Assembly (NCBI GenBank): GCA_964234715.1 | Contig: OZ174286.1 | Strand: one strand, 5' to 3' | Source of the DNA: Podarcis melisellensis | Taxonomy: Eukaryota | Length of the DNA: 64,000 bases | Shown here: positions 11,610-23,846 of the stretch, piece after piece | How the letters are laid out: each line of letters starts with the position of its first letter | Numbering within the stretch: position 1 is the stretch's first letter | The notes under the pieces: model-generated | What the model saw: only the letters and a program-made list of their open reading frames with translations | What the model was told of the DNA's origin: nothing | Databases searched by the model: none | Made by a program: the position numbers and the translations under genes

Positions 11610-11758
11610 GTTATGATGACAAGTCAGACTTTACATTTTTCAGAAATGAGGAGTTGCCATTGCTTTTTTTTTTAATCCTCATCTTGCTCTCTTCTGTGTA
11701 ATAACTTGCCTGTTGAAGAGTTTGGAAGAAATCAGAAGTTTGCCGCAATTTTGTGATA

Positions 11759-12000
11759 CAGTGGTACCTTGGGTTAAGAACTTAATTTGTTCTGGAGGTC
11801 CGTTCTTAACCTGAAACTGTTCTTAACCTGAGGTACTACTTTAGCTAATGGGGCCTCCTGTCGTTGCTGCACCGCCACCACACGATTTCTGTTCTCATCC
11901 TGAAGCAAAGTTCTTAACCCGAGGTACTATATATGGGTTAGCGGAGTCTGTAACCTGAAGCGTCTGTAACCTGAAGCGTCTGTAACCCAAGGTACCACTG
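11759..12000. mobile_element. Tigger-like MITE family A
   Basis: cagtggtacct...aggtaccactg with TA TSD; internal gtctgtaacctgaagc repeats. Confidence 0.88.
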
Positions 12001-12030
12001 TATTTTGGTTGGTCCAAATACAGCTACTAG

Positions 12031-12383
12031 GGGATGTGGGTGGCGCTGTGGTCTAAACCACAGAGCCTCTTGGGCTTGCTGATCTGAAGGTCAGTGGTTC
12101 GAATCCCCGCGGTGGGGTGAGCTCTCGTTGCTCAGTCCCTGCTCCTGCCAACCTAGCAGTTCAAAAGCATGTCAAAGTGCAAGTAGATAAATAGGTACCG
12201 CTCCGGCGGGAAGGTAAATGGCGTTTCCGTGCACTGCTCTGGTTTCGCCAGAAGCAGCTTAGTCATGCTGGCCACATGACCCAGAAGCTGTATGCCAGCT
12301 TCCTCAGCCAGTAAAGTGAGATGAGCACCACAACCCCAGAGTCGTCCACGACTGGACCTAACGGTCAGGGGTCCCTTTACCTT
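12031..12383 (+). mobile_element. Sauria SINE
   Basis: Full length, degenerate TSD aatacagctacta/aataaagttatta. Confidence 0.9.
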
Positions 12384-12742
12384 AATAAAGTTATTACCCA
12401 TCTGTGGCTTTTGGAAGATGGTTCCCCCCCTCTATGGACCAACACCTTTGCTTTTGACAAATTTTAAACATATTTTCACATAAAATCTCTATATTATGTC
12501 TGTGTTTCTCAGTGTTCAAAAAAATTCCTCAGCGGGTTGAGCTGCGATGCCTTCAAATGATAGTTCTCAATTTGGGTCATAAACCACTGAAAAGTTATCT
12601 TGGTGCAGAAGTAAATGGGAAATCTGTCACTTTTGCCCTGTTGTGCAATCCCATTTATTTTAGTCGGACCTGGGCAGGAGGCCCACTTAATGAATGATGC
12701 CTGTGGATATTACTTTTAAGAGGGAATTAAACTGTTACAGCT

Positions 12743-13103
12743 GGGACGCAGGTGGCGCTGTGGGTTAAAGCCTCAGCGCCTAGGACTTGCCGATCGAAAG
12801 GTCGGTGGTTCGAATCCCTGCGGCGGGGTGCGCTCCCGCTGCTCGGTCCCAGCGCCTGCCAACCTAGCAGTTCGAAAGCACCTCCGGGTGCAAGTAGATA
12901 AATAGGGACCGCTTACCAGCGGGAAGGTAAACGGCGTTTCCGTGTGCGGCTCTGGCTCGCCAGAGCAGCGATGTCACGCTGGCCACGTGACCCGGAAGTG
13001 TCTCCGGACAGCGCTGGCCCCTGGCCTCTTGAGTGAGATGGGCGCACAACCCCAGAGTCTGTCAAGACTGGCCCGTACGGGCAGGGGTACCTTTACCTTT
13101 ACC
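12743..13103 (+). mobile_element. Sauria SINE, distinct young subfamily
   Basis: CpG-rich; perfect TSD taaactgttacag (12728-12740, 13104-13116); tail tacctttacc. Confidence 0.9.
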
Positions 13104-13364
13104 TAAACTGTTACAGAGAAAGTCTTCATGCGATGTCAGAACAATGCTGTTTTACTTCTGACACAAATATTCCTTTTGAGTGCAGCCTGGGAAAACAGAC
13201 AGATTGATTCTTAAATATGCAATCCTTTTATTCTTTGATATTCCATATTCTTTAACATTTGCTTGATAAGTGTATGTCTGATAAGTAAGGAGAAGAGTCA
13301 AGTGCTAATGACATCACCATGTTTTCCCTTGCTTGTTCTAGATTTTTCCGTTCCAGGAAGGAAG

Positions 13365-13815
13365 GGGGGGGGTAGAGCATCTGCCTTGCATGCAGAATGT
13401 CCCAGCTTCAGTTCCTGACATAGAATCTTAGAATTGCAGAGTTGGACCGGGGTCCTAAGGTTCATCTAAGTCCAACCCCCTCAAATCCAGGAATCCTGTA
13501 TTCCAGGTAGGGCTGGGAGAGACTCCTGTCTGAGGTCCAGCTCCAAGGGCCTTCTGGCAGTTCCCTCCCTGCGAGAAGTGAGGTTACAGGGAACCAGGCA
13601 GAGGGTCTTCTTGGTGGTGGCGCCCGCCTTGCAGAGCACCCTCCCACCAGATGTCAAGGAAATAAACAACTATCTGACCTTTAGAAGACACCTGAAGGCA
13701 GCCCTGTTTAGGGAAGTTTTTAATGTTTGAAATTTTATTCTGTTTAATATTCTGTTGGGAGCCGCCCAGAGTGGCTGGGGAAACTCAGCCAGATGGGCAA
13801 GCTATAATCAATCAA

Positions 13816-13860
<45 letters not shown>

Positions 13861-13937
13861 TACTACTACTTTGAGAGTTGTTTCCCCTCTGGGCACACAG
13901 TACCAGGCTAGAAAGTCCAGTCTTATGACCCAGTGTA
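13365..13937 (+). mobile_element. Old tRNA-derived SINE split by a CR1-tail fragment and an L2 insertion
   Basis: Head ggtagagcatctgccttgcatgcagaa; body tccaggtagggctgggagagactcctgtctga; appears to resume after 13870. Confidence 0.5.
13530..13870 (+). mobile_element. L2-clade LINE 3' end with (TAT)n tail
   Basis: Same family as 53127-53510; ends gccgcccagagtggctggggaaac...tattattat. Confidence 0.75.
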
Positions 13938-14300
13938 GGGACGCAGGTGGCGCTGTGGGTTAAAGCCTCAGCGCCTAGGACTTGCCGATCGAAAGGTCGG
14001 TGGTTCGAATCCCTGCGGCGGGGTGCGCTCCCGCTGCTCGGTCCCAGCGCCTGCCAACCTAGCAGTTCGAAAGCACCTCCTGGTGCAAGTAGATAAATAG
14101 GGACCGCTTACCAGTGGGAAGGTAAACGGCGTTTCCGTGTGCGGCTCTGGCTCACCAGAGCAGCGATGTCACGCTGGCCACGTGACCCGGAAGTGTCTCC
14201 GGACAGCGCTGGCCCCTGGCCTCTTAAGTGAGATGGGCGCACAACCCCAGAGTCTGTCAAGACTGGCCCGTACGGCCAGGGGTACCTTTACCTTTACCTT
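13938..14300 (+). mobile_element. Sauria SINE, near-identical to 12743-13103
   Basis: About 5 mismatches by eye over ~360 bp; no clear TSD. Confidence 0.9.
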
Positions 14301-14543
14301 TTAATCCTACGCTGGTTGTTTTTCTCATGTTACATTAAAAATCCAATTGAGCCTGCAATCCTGAACCCACTTACTATGGGAGTAAACCCTATTAAATCCA
14401 GTGGGACCCACTGCTGAGTTGATATGGTTAGGATCGCAGCCTTAGCCATCTCCGTATCCTTAGCTCTACATCTGAATATTGTTAATATGTCCAGAGAGCA
14501 GAAGAGAATTTAAGGTTGTGTTCCTGTGCACACTTTCAGAACA

Positions 14544-14584
14544 GCCAGTGTGGTGTAGTGGTTAGAGTGTCAGTCTGGGACCTG

Positions 14585-14640
<56 letters not shown>

Positions 14641-15105
14641 TTATTTATACCCCGCCCATCTGGCTGAGTTTCCCCAGCCACTCTGGGCGGCTCCCAATCA
14701 GTGTTAAAAACAGTACAGCATTACATATTAAAAACTTCCCTGAACAGGGCTGCCTTAAGATGTCTTCTGAATGTCAGGTAATTCTTTATCTCTTTGACAT
14801 CTGATGGGAGGGCGTTCCACAGGGCGGGCGCCACTACCGAGAAGGCCCTCTGTCTGGTTCCCTGTAGCCTCACTTCTCGCAATGAGGGAACCGCCAGAAG
14901 GCCCTCGGCGCTGGATCTCAGTGTCCGGGCTGAACGATGGGGGTGGAGACGCTCCTTCAGGTATACCTGAGAGACCAGGGTTCAAATCCACCCGTAGCTT
15001 TGAAACTCACTGGGGTGTCCATTGGCCAGTCACTGCCTTTCAGCCTAACCTACCTCCGAGGGTTGTTGTGTGGATTAAATGTGGCAAGGGAGAATGATGT
15101 ATACC
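14544..15105 (+). mobile_element. Old Squam3/MIR-like tRNA SINE interrupted by an L2
   Basis: A box tggtgtagtgg, B box ggttcaaatcc, core cagcctaacctacctc..gggttgttgtg. Confidence 0.65.
14586..14964 (-). mobile_element. L2-clade LINE 3' fragment with (TAA)n tail
   Basis: Antisense of the 13530/53127 family; flanked by acctga direct repeat (14580-14585, 14965-14970). Confidence 0.8.
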
Positions 15106-15107
15106 AA

Positions 15108-15193
15108 TAAATAGATAGATGATAGATAGATGATAGATAGATAGATAGATAGATGATAGATAGATAGATAGATAGATGATAGATAGATGATAG
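15108..15193. repeat. (GATA)n microsatellite
   Basis: Direct reading. Confidence 0.95.
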
Positions 15194-15433
15194 AAGTAAG
15201 CTCCTTTGAACACTGCCACCATAAAATCTATCTGAAAATGTATGCTCTAGCCAATGTAGGTTTCACACCAGCATTACAAGACTGATTTAAGTACCAATGG
15301 GTTTAATAAGCCCCCATGTGGAAAAACACGCTTTGTTACCAAACTCATCTAGGTGATGTGCTATGTGACCTCCAAAGGCATTGCAAAGAGGCGTCTCTCC
15401 TTCAGATGTATCCATTAGGAAGGTAGGACTTTG

Positions 15434-15435
<2 letters not shown>

Positions 15436-15495
<60 letters not shown>
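15436..15495. repeat. Compound (GT)n(GA)n microsatellite
   Basis: Direct reading. Confidence 0.95.
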
Positions 15496-16080
15496 AGTCA
15501 TTTTTCCCCTGCTAATTGACAGGATGTTGTGGAATTATAAGCACTACATAGCAGTAAACAAGGCCTTATATTGACGGCACTAAAACAGTAGATGCTGCCA
15601 CTGCTGCGAACTCGCAATGGGAAATGGGGAGAGAACGGAATGTCAGTGGAGAGGGAGGCCGTTTTTTTGGCAAACTGGGAAAGTCTGAAGCCCCTGCTAT
15701 GTGCATAGCAATGAGCTCAGGCTCACAACAGATGTGTGCGACACACAGAATTCCATTCCGTCCGTGTAATGTGGGAATCGGCCACTGGAAAGAACAGCCA
15801 TCATTCTGACAGGGCTTCCAGGAGGCAGCGTTCACTAGGCCCAAATGACATAAAACGCTATGCAGTATTAGCATTAATGCTGAAGTGTTTTTTGCAGCAT
15901 GCTTACACAGTGAAGAGATAAGAGCCCCATTCCCTTTACTTCTGCTGTTCAGCGGTGATGAGTACCGCTTATGCATTCAAAATGATCCTGTCCAAGAGGG
16001 AGCTGTCAGTAGGCTTTCTGAAACTGCAAGGTTTGGACAAGCAGAATAATAATATCTATTTATCAGTGTGTGGCGTTGTG

Positions 16081-16408
16081 GGGACACAGGTGGCACTGTG
16101 GTCTAAACCACTGAGCCTAGGGCTTGCTGATCAGAAGGTTGGCAGTTCGAATCCCTGCGATGGGGTGAGCTACTGTTGCTCGGTCCCTCCTCCTGCACGT
16201 TCGAAAGCACGTCAAAGTGCAAGTAGATAAATAGGTACCACTCCGGTGGGAAGGTAAATGGTGTTTCCGTGTGCTGCCCTGGTTCGCCAGAAGCGGCTTA
16301 GTCATGCTGGCCACATGACCTGGAAGCTGTATGCCGGCTCCCTCAGCCAATAAAGCGAGATGAGCGCCACAACCCCAGAGTCGTTCGCAATTGGACCTAG
16401 CAGTCAGG
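16081..16408 (+). mobile_element. Sauria SINE truncated by assembly gap
   Basis: Same family body; runs into Ns. Confidence 0.88.
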
Positions 16409-16810
16409 NNNNNNNNNNNNNNNNNNNNNNNNNNNNNNNNNNNNNNNNNNNNNNNNNNNNNNNNNNNNNNNNNNNNNNNNNNNNNNNNNNNNNNNNNNNN
16501 NNNNNNNNNNNNNNNNNNNNNNNNNNNNNNNNNNNNNNNNNNNNNNNNNNNNNNNNNNNNNNNNNNNNNNNNNNNNNNNNNNNNNNNNNNNNNNNNNNNN
16601 NNNNNNNNNNNNNNNNNNNNNNNNNNNNNNNNNNNNNNNNNNNNNNNNNNNNNNNNNNNNNNNNNNNNNNNNNNNNNNNNNNNNNNNNNNNNNNNNNNNN
16701 NNNNNNNNNNNNNNNNNNNNNNNNNNNNNNNNNNNNNNNNNNNNNNNNNNNNNNNNNNNNNNNNNNNNNNNNNNNNNNNNNNNNNNNNNNNNNNNNNNNN
16801 NNNNNNNNNN
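16409..16810. other. Assembly gap (402 N)
   Basis: Run of N. Confidence 1.
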
Positions 16811-17762
16811 GGAAATTGCAAGGTTGAGAAACCACAGAAGCAAAAATATCTTCCTGGAACTTAGAGCAGGGGATTAAAACACAACAACCCAAAACAGTGT
16901 AATATGGACTGAGCAATCTCAGAGGCCGCAGAATGCTTTGTGTCTTTTAGAGGAGGGGAGAAAAATAGAAAATGGGTGGGGGAGGGAATGGGGTGGAATA
17001 TTTTGAATGAAGGCATGACTAGCTGACGCTCGTACTGCGACATTTGGTTGCAGACCCCACTTATTCTCTCAGTATTAATGCGAACCAGTTCTCATAATGC
17101 CCTTCAACTTGTCTTTCATGCTCGCAGTCAATTAATACACGGTCTCAGTTTATTAAAATGCTAATTTTGGGAGTGCTGTTTAAATGTGTGCTCACAGCTG
17201 GAGTGGACATGCTAATCCGTAATCTTTCTAAAAGCACTTCGATGTAGAATTGTTAAGGTTCACCTGTTGCACAATCCCTGCCATTTTATTCTTGGTAAAC
17301 TTACCATTACAGTATTTCTTGCAAGTATTTAGGGCTGAACTGGAAAAGGACTCCTACCTCCCCAATTTTACCACCTTAGGGTGGTAAAAGGTTCTGTGAA
17401 GTGTATGATTTCAGGCCCTCAGAGGGTGTTGTTAGTGGAAGAGACATGTTCACTCCACGCAGTCCTGAAACAATTCCTACTCCCCACTCATGTTGGGTAC
17501 TCTTTCTCCAATGCGTCTGGATCCTTTCTATCAATAAGACACCCCAGTGAGGACAGGAAGTGTTACATTCTGGTTCTGTGCTTAGCCTGAGGTTTCATGA
17601 GGACGCCAAGAAATGATGTTTCCTTCCTGCTCTCTGGCATTTTCCGAGTAGGAAAGAACTACACAGCACTAACCAAACAGGCACCATGACCAGTCCAACC
17701 ATCAGGAGGAACATATGTGGTAGCAGACAACATCACCTCCAGGGTGTGGAGGACACAAAACG

Positions 17763-17943
17763 TAAGAACATCACAAGAGCTTGCTGGATCACACCAAAGG
17801 CCCATCGAGTCCAGCATCCTGTTCTCACAGTGACCAACCAGGTGGGGATTCCCAAAGTAGGACCTGAGCACAACAGCACTCACCCCTCCTGCAGTTTTCA
17901 GAAACTGGTCTTCAGAAGCAGGTTCTCTCTGAAAGTGAGTGTA
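17763..17943 (-). mobile_element. CR1 LINE 3' end (host of the next SINE)
   Basis: taagaacatcacaagagcttgctggatc...gtccagcatcctgttctcacagt. Confidence 0.65.
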
Positions 17944-18293
17944 AAGGTAAAGGGACCCCTGACCATTTGGTCCAGTCGTAGCCGACTCTGGGGTTGCGGC
18001 GCTCATCTCGCTTTATTGGCTGAGGGAGCCGGCGTACAGCTTCCGGGTCATGTGGCCAGCATGACTAAGCCGCTTCTGGCGAACCAGAGCAGCGCACAGA
18101 AACGCCATTTACCTTCCCGCCGGAGCGGTACCTGTCTATCTACTTGCACTTTGAAGTGCTTTCGAACTGCTAGGTTGGCAGGAGCAGGGACCGAGCAACG
18201 GGAGCTCACTCCATCACAGGGATTCGAACCGCCGACCTTCTGATCAGCAAGTCCTAGGCCCTGTGGTTTAACCCACAGTGCCACCCGCGTCCC
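17944..18293 (-). mobile_element. Sauria SINE
   Basis: Perfect 14-bp TSD tgaaagtgagtgta (17930-17943, 18294-18307). Confidence 0.92.
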
Positions 18294-18931
18294 TGAAAGT
18301 GAGTGTATAACTTAGCAATTGTGGCGTGTAGACATTGATAGCCCTCATGGTCTCCTCTCCTTCACTGAGTCTAGCTTCTATTTGCATAGGCCCACCTCCT
18401 GAGTGCCAACTGTGCCAACTCCTGGCTCTCTACCTGGTGTCAGAAGTGTATGTGTGTGAAATGTTTCATGAATCCTAGCCTTCCCTGGCCCCCAAAAGCC
18501 CCCAGGTTCAAACAAACAAAACACCAAAAGGACTTCCATGCGTACTTTAGGAAAGGGGATTGCGGTCAATAGACAATAACTGAATGAAGATAAGGCTTTT
18601 CTGTGGTAACATCCAGAGTCTGGGATGTGCAACTGGTGCCAACATTACAGTCTTTTCAACACCTTGTTAAAATATTTTTATTTTCCCAGGCATTTTAAAT
18701 TATGTTTAGTCTGCATTATGGTTCTAAAGTTTTTTTGCTGTTAATTCCTCATATTTGCAACTGGCCTTAATAGTTTTGTTCATACACAACATACACCACA
18801 CTGGAATTCTTTTGGATAGAGGGCAGTCGAGGAATACTTTAAATCGATCAATCCCCCAGCAAGTGTTTGGCCAATGTTACGTTTTGACCTGGGTCTTACA
18901 GGTTTATAGCCCAGACTCTTAACTACTCTTA

Positions 18932-19290
18932 AAAAGGTAAAGGGACCCCTGACCATTAGGTCCAGTCACGACCGACTTTGGGGTTGCAGCGCTCATCTCG
19001 CTTTATTGGCCGAGGGAGCCGGCGTTTGTCCACAGACAGCTTCCAGGTCAAGTGGCCAGCATGACTAAGCCACTTCTGGAGAACCAGAGCAGTACACAGA
19101 AATGCCGTTTACCTTCCCGCTGGAGCGGTACCTATTTATCTACTTGCAATTTGTGCTTTCGAACTGCTAGGTTGGCAGGAGCTGAGACCGAACAACGGGA
19201 GCTCACCCCGTCACGGGGATTCGAACCGCAGACCTTCTGATCAGCAAGTCCTAGGCTCTGTGTTTTAACCCACAGCGCCACCCACGTCCC
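18932..19290 (-). mobile_element. Sauria SINE
   Basis: Perfect TSD taactactctta (18920-18931, 19292-19303). Confidence 0.92.
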
Positions 19291-20073
19291 CTAACTACTC
19301 TTATAACATGCTTTATTGCACTCTCTTGCAAATGTGGAACAGGATGGGGAAATAGATTGATGACTATATTCTGGGTGGACTCAGCAGTACGAGGGTGTGA
19401 TCTTGAATACTGTGTGCAACTGTGAAACTCGAGGGAATTTTCTGGCTTCTTGCAGAGTTCATTCCATTCCTGCGCCTTGCTAACTTGCTGCTTCCAGAGA
19501 TGACTAGCCTCTCTGATTCATAAGGTGACACTTCTTGTGGAGTGAATTCTTTGTTGCTGACGCCCACATTGCATGGGTCTTTGCAAGAAATGCTTTCCTA
19601 AGCAGGGTGAGCCCAGGTTGTACACTGAGCAATTTGTAACCCTGTCTTGTAAACATACTAAGGAATGAGTGAAAAGGTGAAGGGACAGCTGTATATTTCT
19701 AATGAGGGTTTGTGAGATATTTATCAAGCAAATTAGGCAAATGAAGCCAAACACAGCTGTTTTATATTGCAAATTAAACTCTTCCTTTTCAAACAGCCAT
19801 TAAAATATAAATAAATGGGGCCAAATTCACCCCTGATGCCTTGCTTTGCAATCCAGGAAGATTAGACCTGAGATGACAGGTGCCTATAGTAGATATATTT
19901 TTACTGTCACTACATCATGGCTCCTTGTTGGGTTGGATACACACATGATTTCCCTGGAAGAAACCTGAGAGCTGCACTTTGCTAAGGGCAAAGTATGCGA
20001 TGGGCAAACTCCACTTCCAAGGATTCTTTGGGGAAAGCTATTTGCGTTTTAGTGGTGCAGCAATGTAATTGCT

Positions 20074-20415
20074 GGGATGCGGATGGCGCTGTGGGTTAAA
20101 CCACAGAGCCTAGGACTTGCCGATTAGAAGGTCGGCAGTTTGAATCCCCACGACGGGGTGAGCTCCCGTTGCTCAGTCCCTGCTCCTGCCAACCTAGCAG
20201 CTCGAAAGCACATCAAAGTGCAAGTAGATAAATAGGTACCGCTCTGGTGGGGAGGTAAAACGGCGTTTCCGTGCGGTGCTCTGGTTTGCCAGAATGACCT
20301 GGCCACATGACCCAGAAGCTGTACGCTGGCTCCCTCGGCCAATAAAGCGAGATGAGCGCCGCAACCCCAGAGTCAGTCATGACTGGACCTAATGGTCAGG
20401 GGTCCCGTTACCTTT
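20074..20415 (+). mobile_element. Sauria SINE
   Basis: TSD aatgtaattgct/aatgtaactgct. Confidence 0.9.
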
Positions 20416-20559
20416 AATGTAACTGCTAGTCCATTTCCAAAGCTAAGCAGGGTCTCATATGGTTTCAAATTGGATGGGGAACCGCAGTTTGAGATTCATG
20501 CATTGCAGAGGGTTGGATTAGATGATGTCTTCCAAAGGTTGCACGAATAATAATTGCAT

Positions 20560-20831
20560 AATAATTTTATTTTTTATACCCTGCCCATTTGGGGCAACTC
20601 TGGGTGGCTTCTAACACATTTAAAGACATAATAAAATATAAAACATTAATGTGAAACATTACGTAACTCCTTGGCTCAGGGGTTGCATAACTCCATACCC
20701 TCCAACATTTCTCCAGTGAAAATAGGGACGTCCTAAGAAAAGTGGGACATTCTGGGATCAAATCTGAAAACAGGATAGCTTCTGTAAATCCAGGACTGTC
20801 CCTGGAAAAATGGAGACACTTGGAAAGTCTG
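20560..20831 (-). mobile_element. gggac-repeat DNA element joined to an L2 3' end
   Basis: cataccctccaacatttctcc...gacacttggaaagtctg preceded by antisense L2 tail; same architecture as 33876-34221. Confidence 0.55.
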
Positions 20832-21711
20832 GAAGTGTTGTCTACACATTTGCTACAGCAAAGCACTGGACTATTGGAAAAAGTACACATGATTAAGCAA
20901 ATAAGTACTTGGTTTCATTTCTGTCACAGAGGACACGGCCTCATTATTTGTGACACTGTTTGAGAATTAATTAGTCTCTGGAAAGATTTAATCTCTGATT
21001 CAGCTGAATTTATTATACCTTGGATGTGTCACATGGAAAACAAGGTTAACAAAAGGAAACATCTGCTCTTTATCTCCGCGGATGAACATTTGCGCAGTTA
21101 AGAAGCACATACGATTTGAATCATTGCTTATTTCGTCCTGGCTAGAAGTGATATTTGAGGTAGGGCTCTGTCTTGGATGCATATAGTGGGAAACCACTTG
21201 ACGATGATATTCCATTTAATGAGTTCCCATTTTTTCCTCTGGATACTTCTTCATAATAGCCTTTTTTTATTCTGGAAACAAAAGAGCATGGGAATCTAAG
21301 AAAGCCTGAAGTGGAAGACAAATGCTAGTAAAGAACAGAAACCTCCAGCGCTTTTAGAATGGGAGCGAGTTGTTCCAACTTCATGCTGTTTTTCTCCAAG
21401 GAAAAGGGAAAACAGAGTGGGAAGAGAATTACTCCAGTTTGGCACTCCAAGGACACACCTGGACATGGAGTCAACAGTACTGTGCATGTAATATATAGGG
21501 GAATTTCTCTTTTGGAAGAGAACATTGCCTTTTTTAAAAAAGGAAAAGGATGATACATTTCTATTACAAATCAGGGCATCTTTTCCTCTGTTCCAGTTTG
21601 TCTTTATTTCTTCTCTCCTCACCCATAGGTATCTGGTTGGTCACTGCGAGAACAGTATGCTGGACCAGATGGGATGTTGGGCTCTTCTTATCTTCTGATG
21701 TTCTTCTAAAC

Positions 21712-21847
21712 CAGGGTTTCCCAAACTTGGGTCTTCAGCTATTTTCGGATTACAATTCCCATCATCTCTGACCACTGGTCCTGCAAGTTAGGGATGATAG
21801 GAGTTGTAGTCCCAAAACAGCTGGAGATTCAAGTTTGGGAAACACTG
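21712..21847. mobile_element. hAT palindromic MITE
   Basis: TIR cagggtttcccaaacttg / caagtttgggaaacactg; perfect TSD ttctaaac. Confidence 0.88.
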
Positions 21848-22368
21848 TTCTAAACCAAAAGGACCTATTTACCACTTAAGTTGGAGTGTCATGTACCATA
21901 TAGCTACAATGGTCCATTAAGGTGTGTGTTTTTCATAACTGCACAGTATTCACAATCGTTGTATTAGGAGAACACAAGGAGAAAGCAATAATACAGCAGA
22001 GGGAAGGACTGCAGCCATCTGGTGCTGGGCTGAAATGCTGTTTGGGAAAATTACATTTTCCAAAGGTGCATAAAGGATTTATGAATGCTGGTTTCAGGGT
22101 AAATCAACATGAACCAGTTGTTTTGGCATAGATTGCAGAAGGGACATCATTCTTCTTTCTCTGTCTGAGCTCCAGTCCAGAGCAGGAAGTGGATTCCTTC
22201 TTTCCCTGCACAGTACAAGTTTTACTGCAACAAGGAAATCCCTTTCCATAGTGAACTGTTCGCATGCATTACCTTGCTCCCACACCCATTTTTTCCTCCT
22301 CCTTCAATTCAACTTGTCTTTGTCAAACATTCTATGATTTTAAATGCCTTAAACTCACATATGATGGA

Positions 22369-22568
22369 CAGGGCCAGCGCTACCATTAGGCAGAGTGAGG
22401 CAGCCACCTCAGGCAGCTGATGTAGAGCACCGTAAAAAGGCAGCATAGCTCTAGCTATGTATTTGTGACACTTTCTGCCTCTGGTGCCAGACTAAATTGG
22501 TCATCTTTGGATGGCGGTCATCATTTGCTGGTTTGCCTCAGGCAGCAAAATGTCTTGAGCCAGCCCTG
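22369..22568. mobile_element. hAT-like MITE (cagggcc...gccctg family)
   Basis: 8-bp TSD atgatgga/attatgga; partial relatives at ~4803 and ~39135-39420. Confidence 0.65.
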
Positions 22569-22949
22569 ATTATGGAACAGTTTGTCACTTACTTAACCGC
22601 CTTTCAACTTTTGCTTGCGAGTAGTTAACGTGTAGCTGTACAGCGGAGAGGAAATTCTAATCCCTGTTAGTGAGCATAACATGCAAGTGAGTGATTTTAT
22701 GTATATGATGAAATCTCCTCTTTCCCAATATCCCCTCAAAATCAAAATAAAGTATGGATGCATATATGGAACGGCTGTAGTACACATGGGAGATAAATTT
22801 GGTTCAAGCCATACCTAATTTGAACCCACCTAATTCTCACTCCCTGAAACGTGTGAATGGAAATGCAGCTACCCTTCAAGATCATGTGATGCAGACTTCC
22901 AACCAAACAATGTGTACAAAAGCGTGTAAACAAGTGAAAAGTGCCAATA

Positions 22950-23188
22950 CAGTATAACCTCTACTTATGATAATAATCTGTTCTGGAGGCCTGTCCGCTG
23001 GGTAAAACTGGACGCTAGTAGAGGTGCCGTTGTGCGAGTGCGCATTCGGCGGCAGCACACTTCAGATGGCAGAAGCTGCTTCAGCGCATGTGCAAATCGC
23101 AGCAAACCCAGTGTTTACTTCCAGGTTTGCTGCGGTTGCAACTTGGAACGTCTGTGAGAAGAGGCGGATGTAAGTTGAGGTTCCACTG
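22950..23188. mobile_element. Tigger-like MITE (different body)
   Basis: cagtataacctctactta / taagttgaggttccactg, TA TSD. Confidence 0.75.
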
Positions 23189-23631
23189 TATATGCAAGCA
23201 AAAGCTATTGCTGAAAATGTCATACAAGGTGAGAACTTCAGGAGGAATGCATAGCAAAAAGACTGATGGATAAGGACTTAAAAAAAAAATCCATCTGTTG
23301 TGGAGAAATGAATCTAAGATTGGAAAAATGAGAAGCCCAAAGAAACTGAAATGGAGAGATTTTGTCTATCTCTAAGTCTGTAGGTCGTTTCCTAGGTTTT
23401 CCAAAACAGCACTGGGTGAGGAGAAAATGAATCTGCCCATCCTCTTCAGTGAATAATCTCTGAAGAGCAAGAGATGGGGTCTCCTTTTCTCTGCATCGCC
23501 ATGGGGAGTGTATGCATGTGATTTTGAGTGTGTATCTTTGAGAGACGGGTGGGGGCTGTGTATTTGCATGAGTGGTGAAGACAAGTGCTGTTTGTGCCTG
23601 CAAAGTCGGTATGTGGATTGGTGTATGAGTA

Positions 23632-23846
23632 CAGTGGTACCTCAGGTTAAGAACTTAATTCGTTCCGGAGGTCCGTTCTTAACCTGAAACTGTTCTTAAC
23701 CTGAAGCACCACTTTAGCTAATGGGGCCTCCCGCTGCCACTGCACGATTTCTGTTCTCATCCTGAAGCAAAGTTCTTAACCCAAGGTACTATTTCTGGGT
23801 TAGCGGAGTCTGTAACCTGAAGCATCTGTATCCCGAGGTACCACTG
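23632..23846. mobile_element. Tigger-like MITE family A
   Basis: cagtggtacctc...gaggtaccactg, TA TSD. Confidence 0.88.

Noticed and set aside
13723-14707. Poly-Tyr and poly-Ile ORFs (also poly-Lys/Phe at 36975-37230 and poly-Ile/Tyr at 47589-47840)
   Set aside because: Translations of microsatellite tails
16117-16916. ORFs spanning poly-X
   Set aside because: Artefacts of the N gap
17686-18243. Recurrent ORFs containing HVASMTKPLL (also 12153, 19052, 27800, 61104)
   Set aside because: Chance translations of Sauria SINE copies, not a gene family
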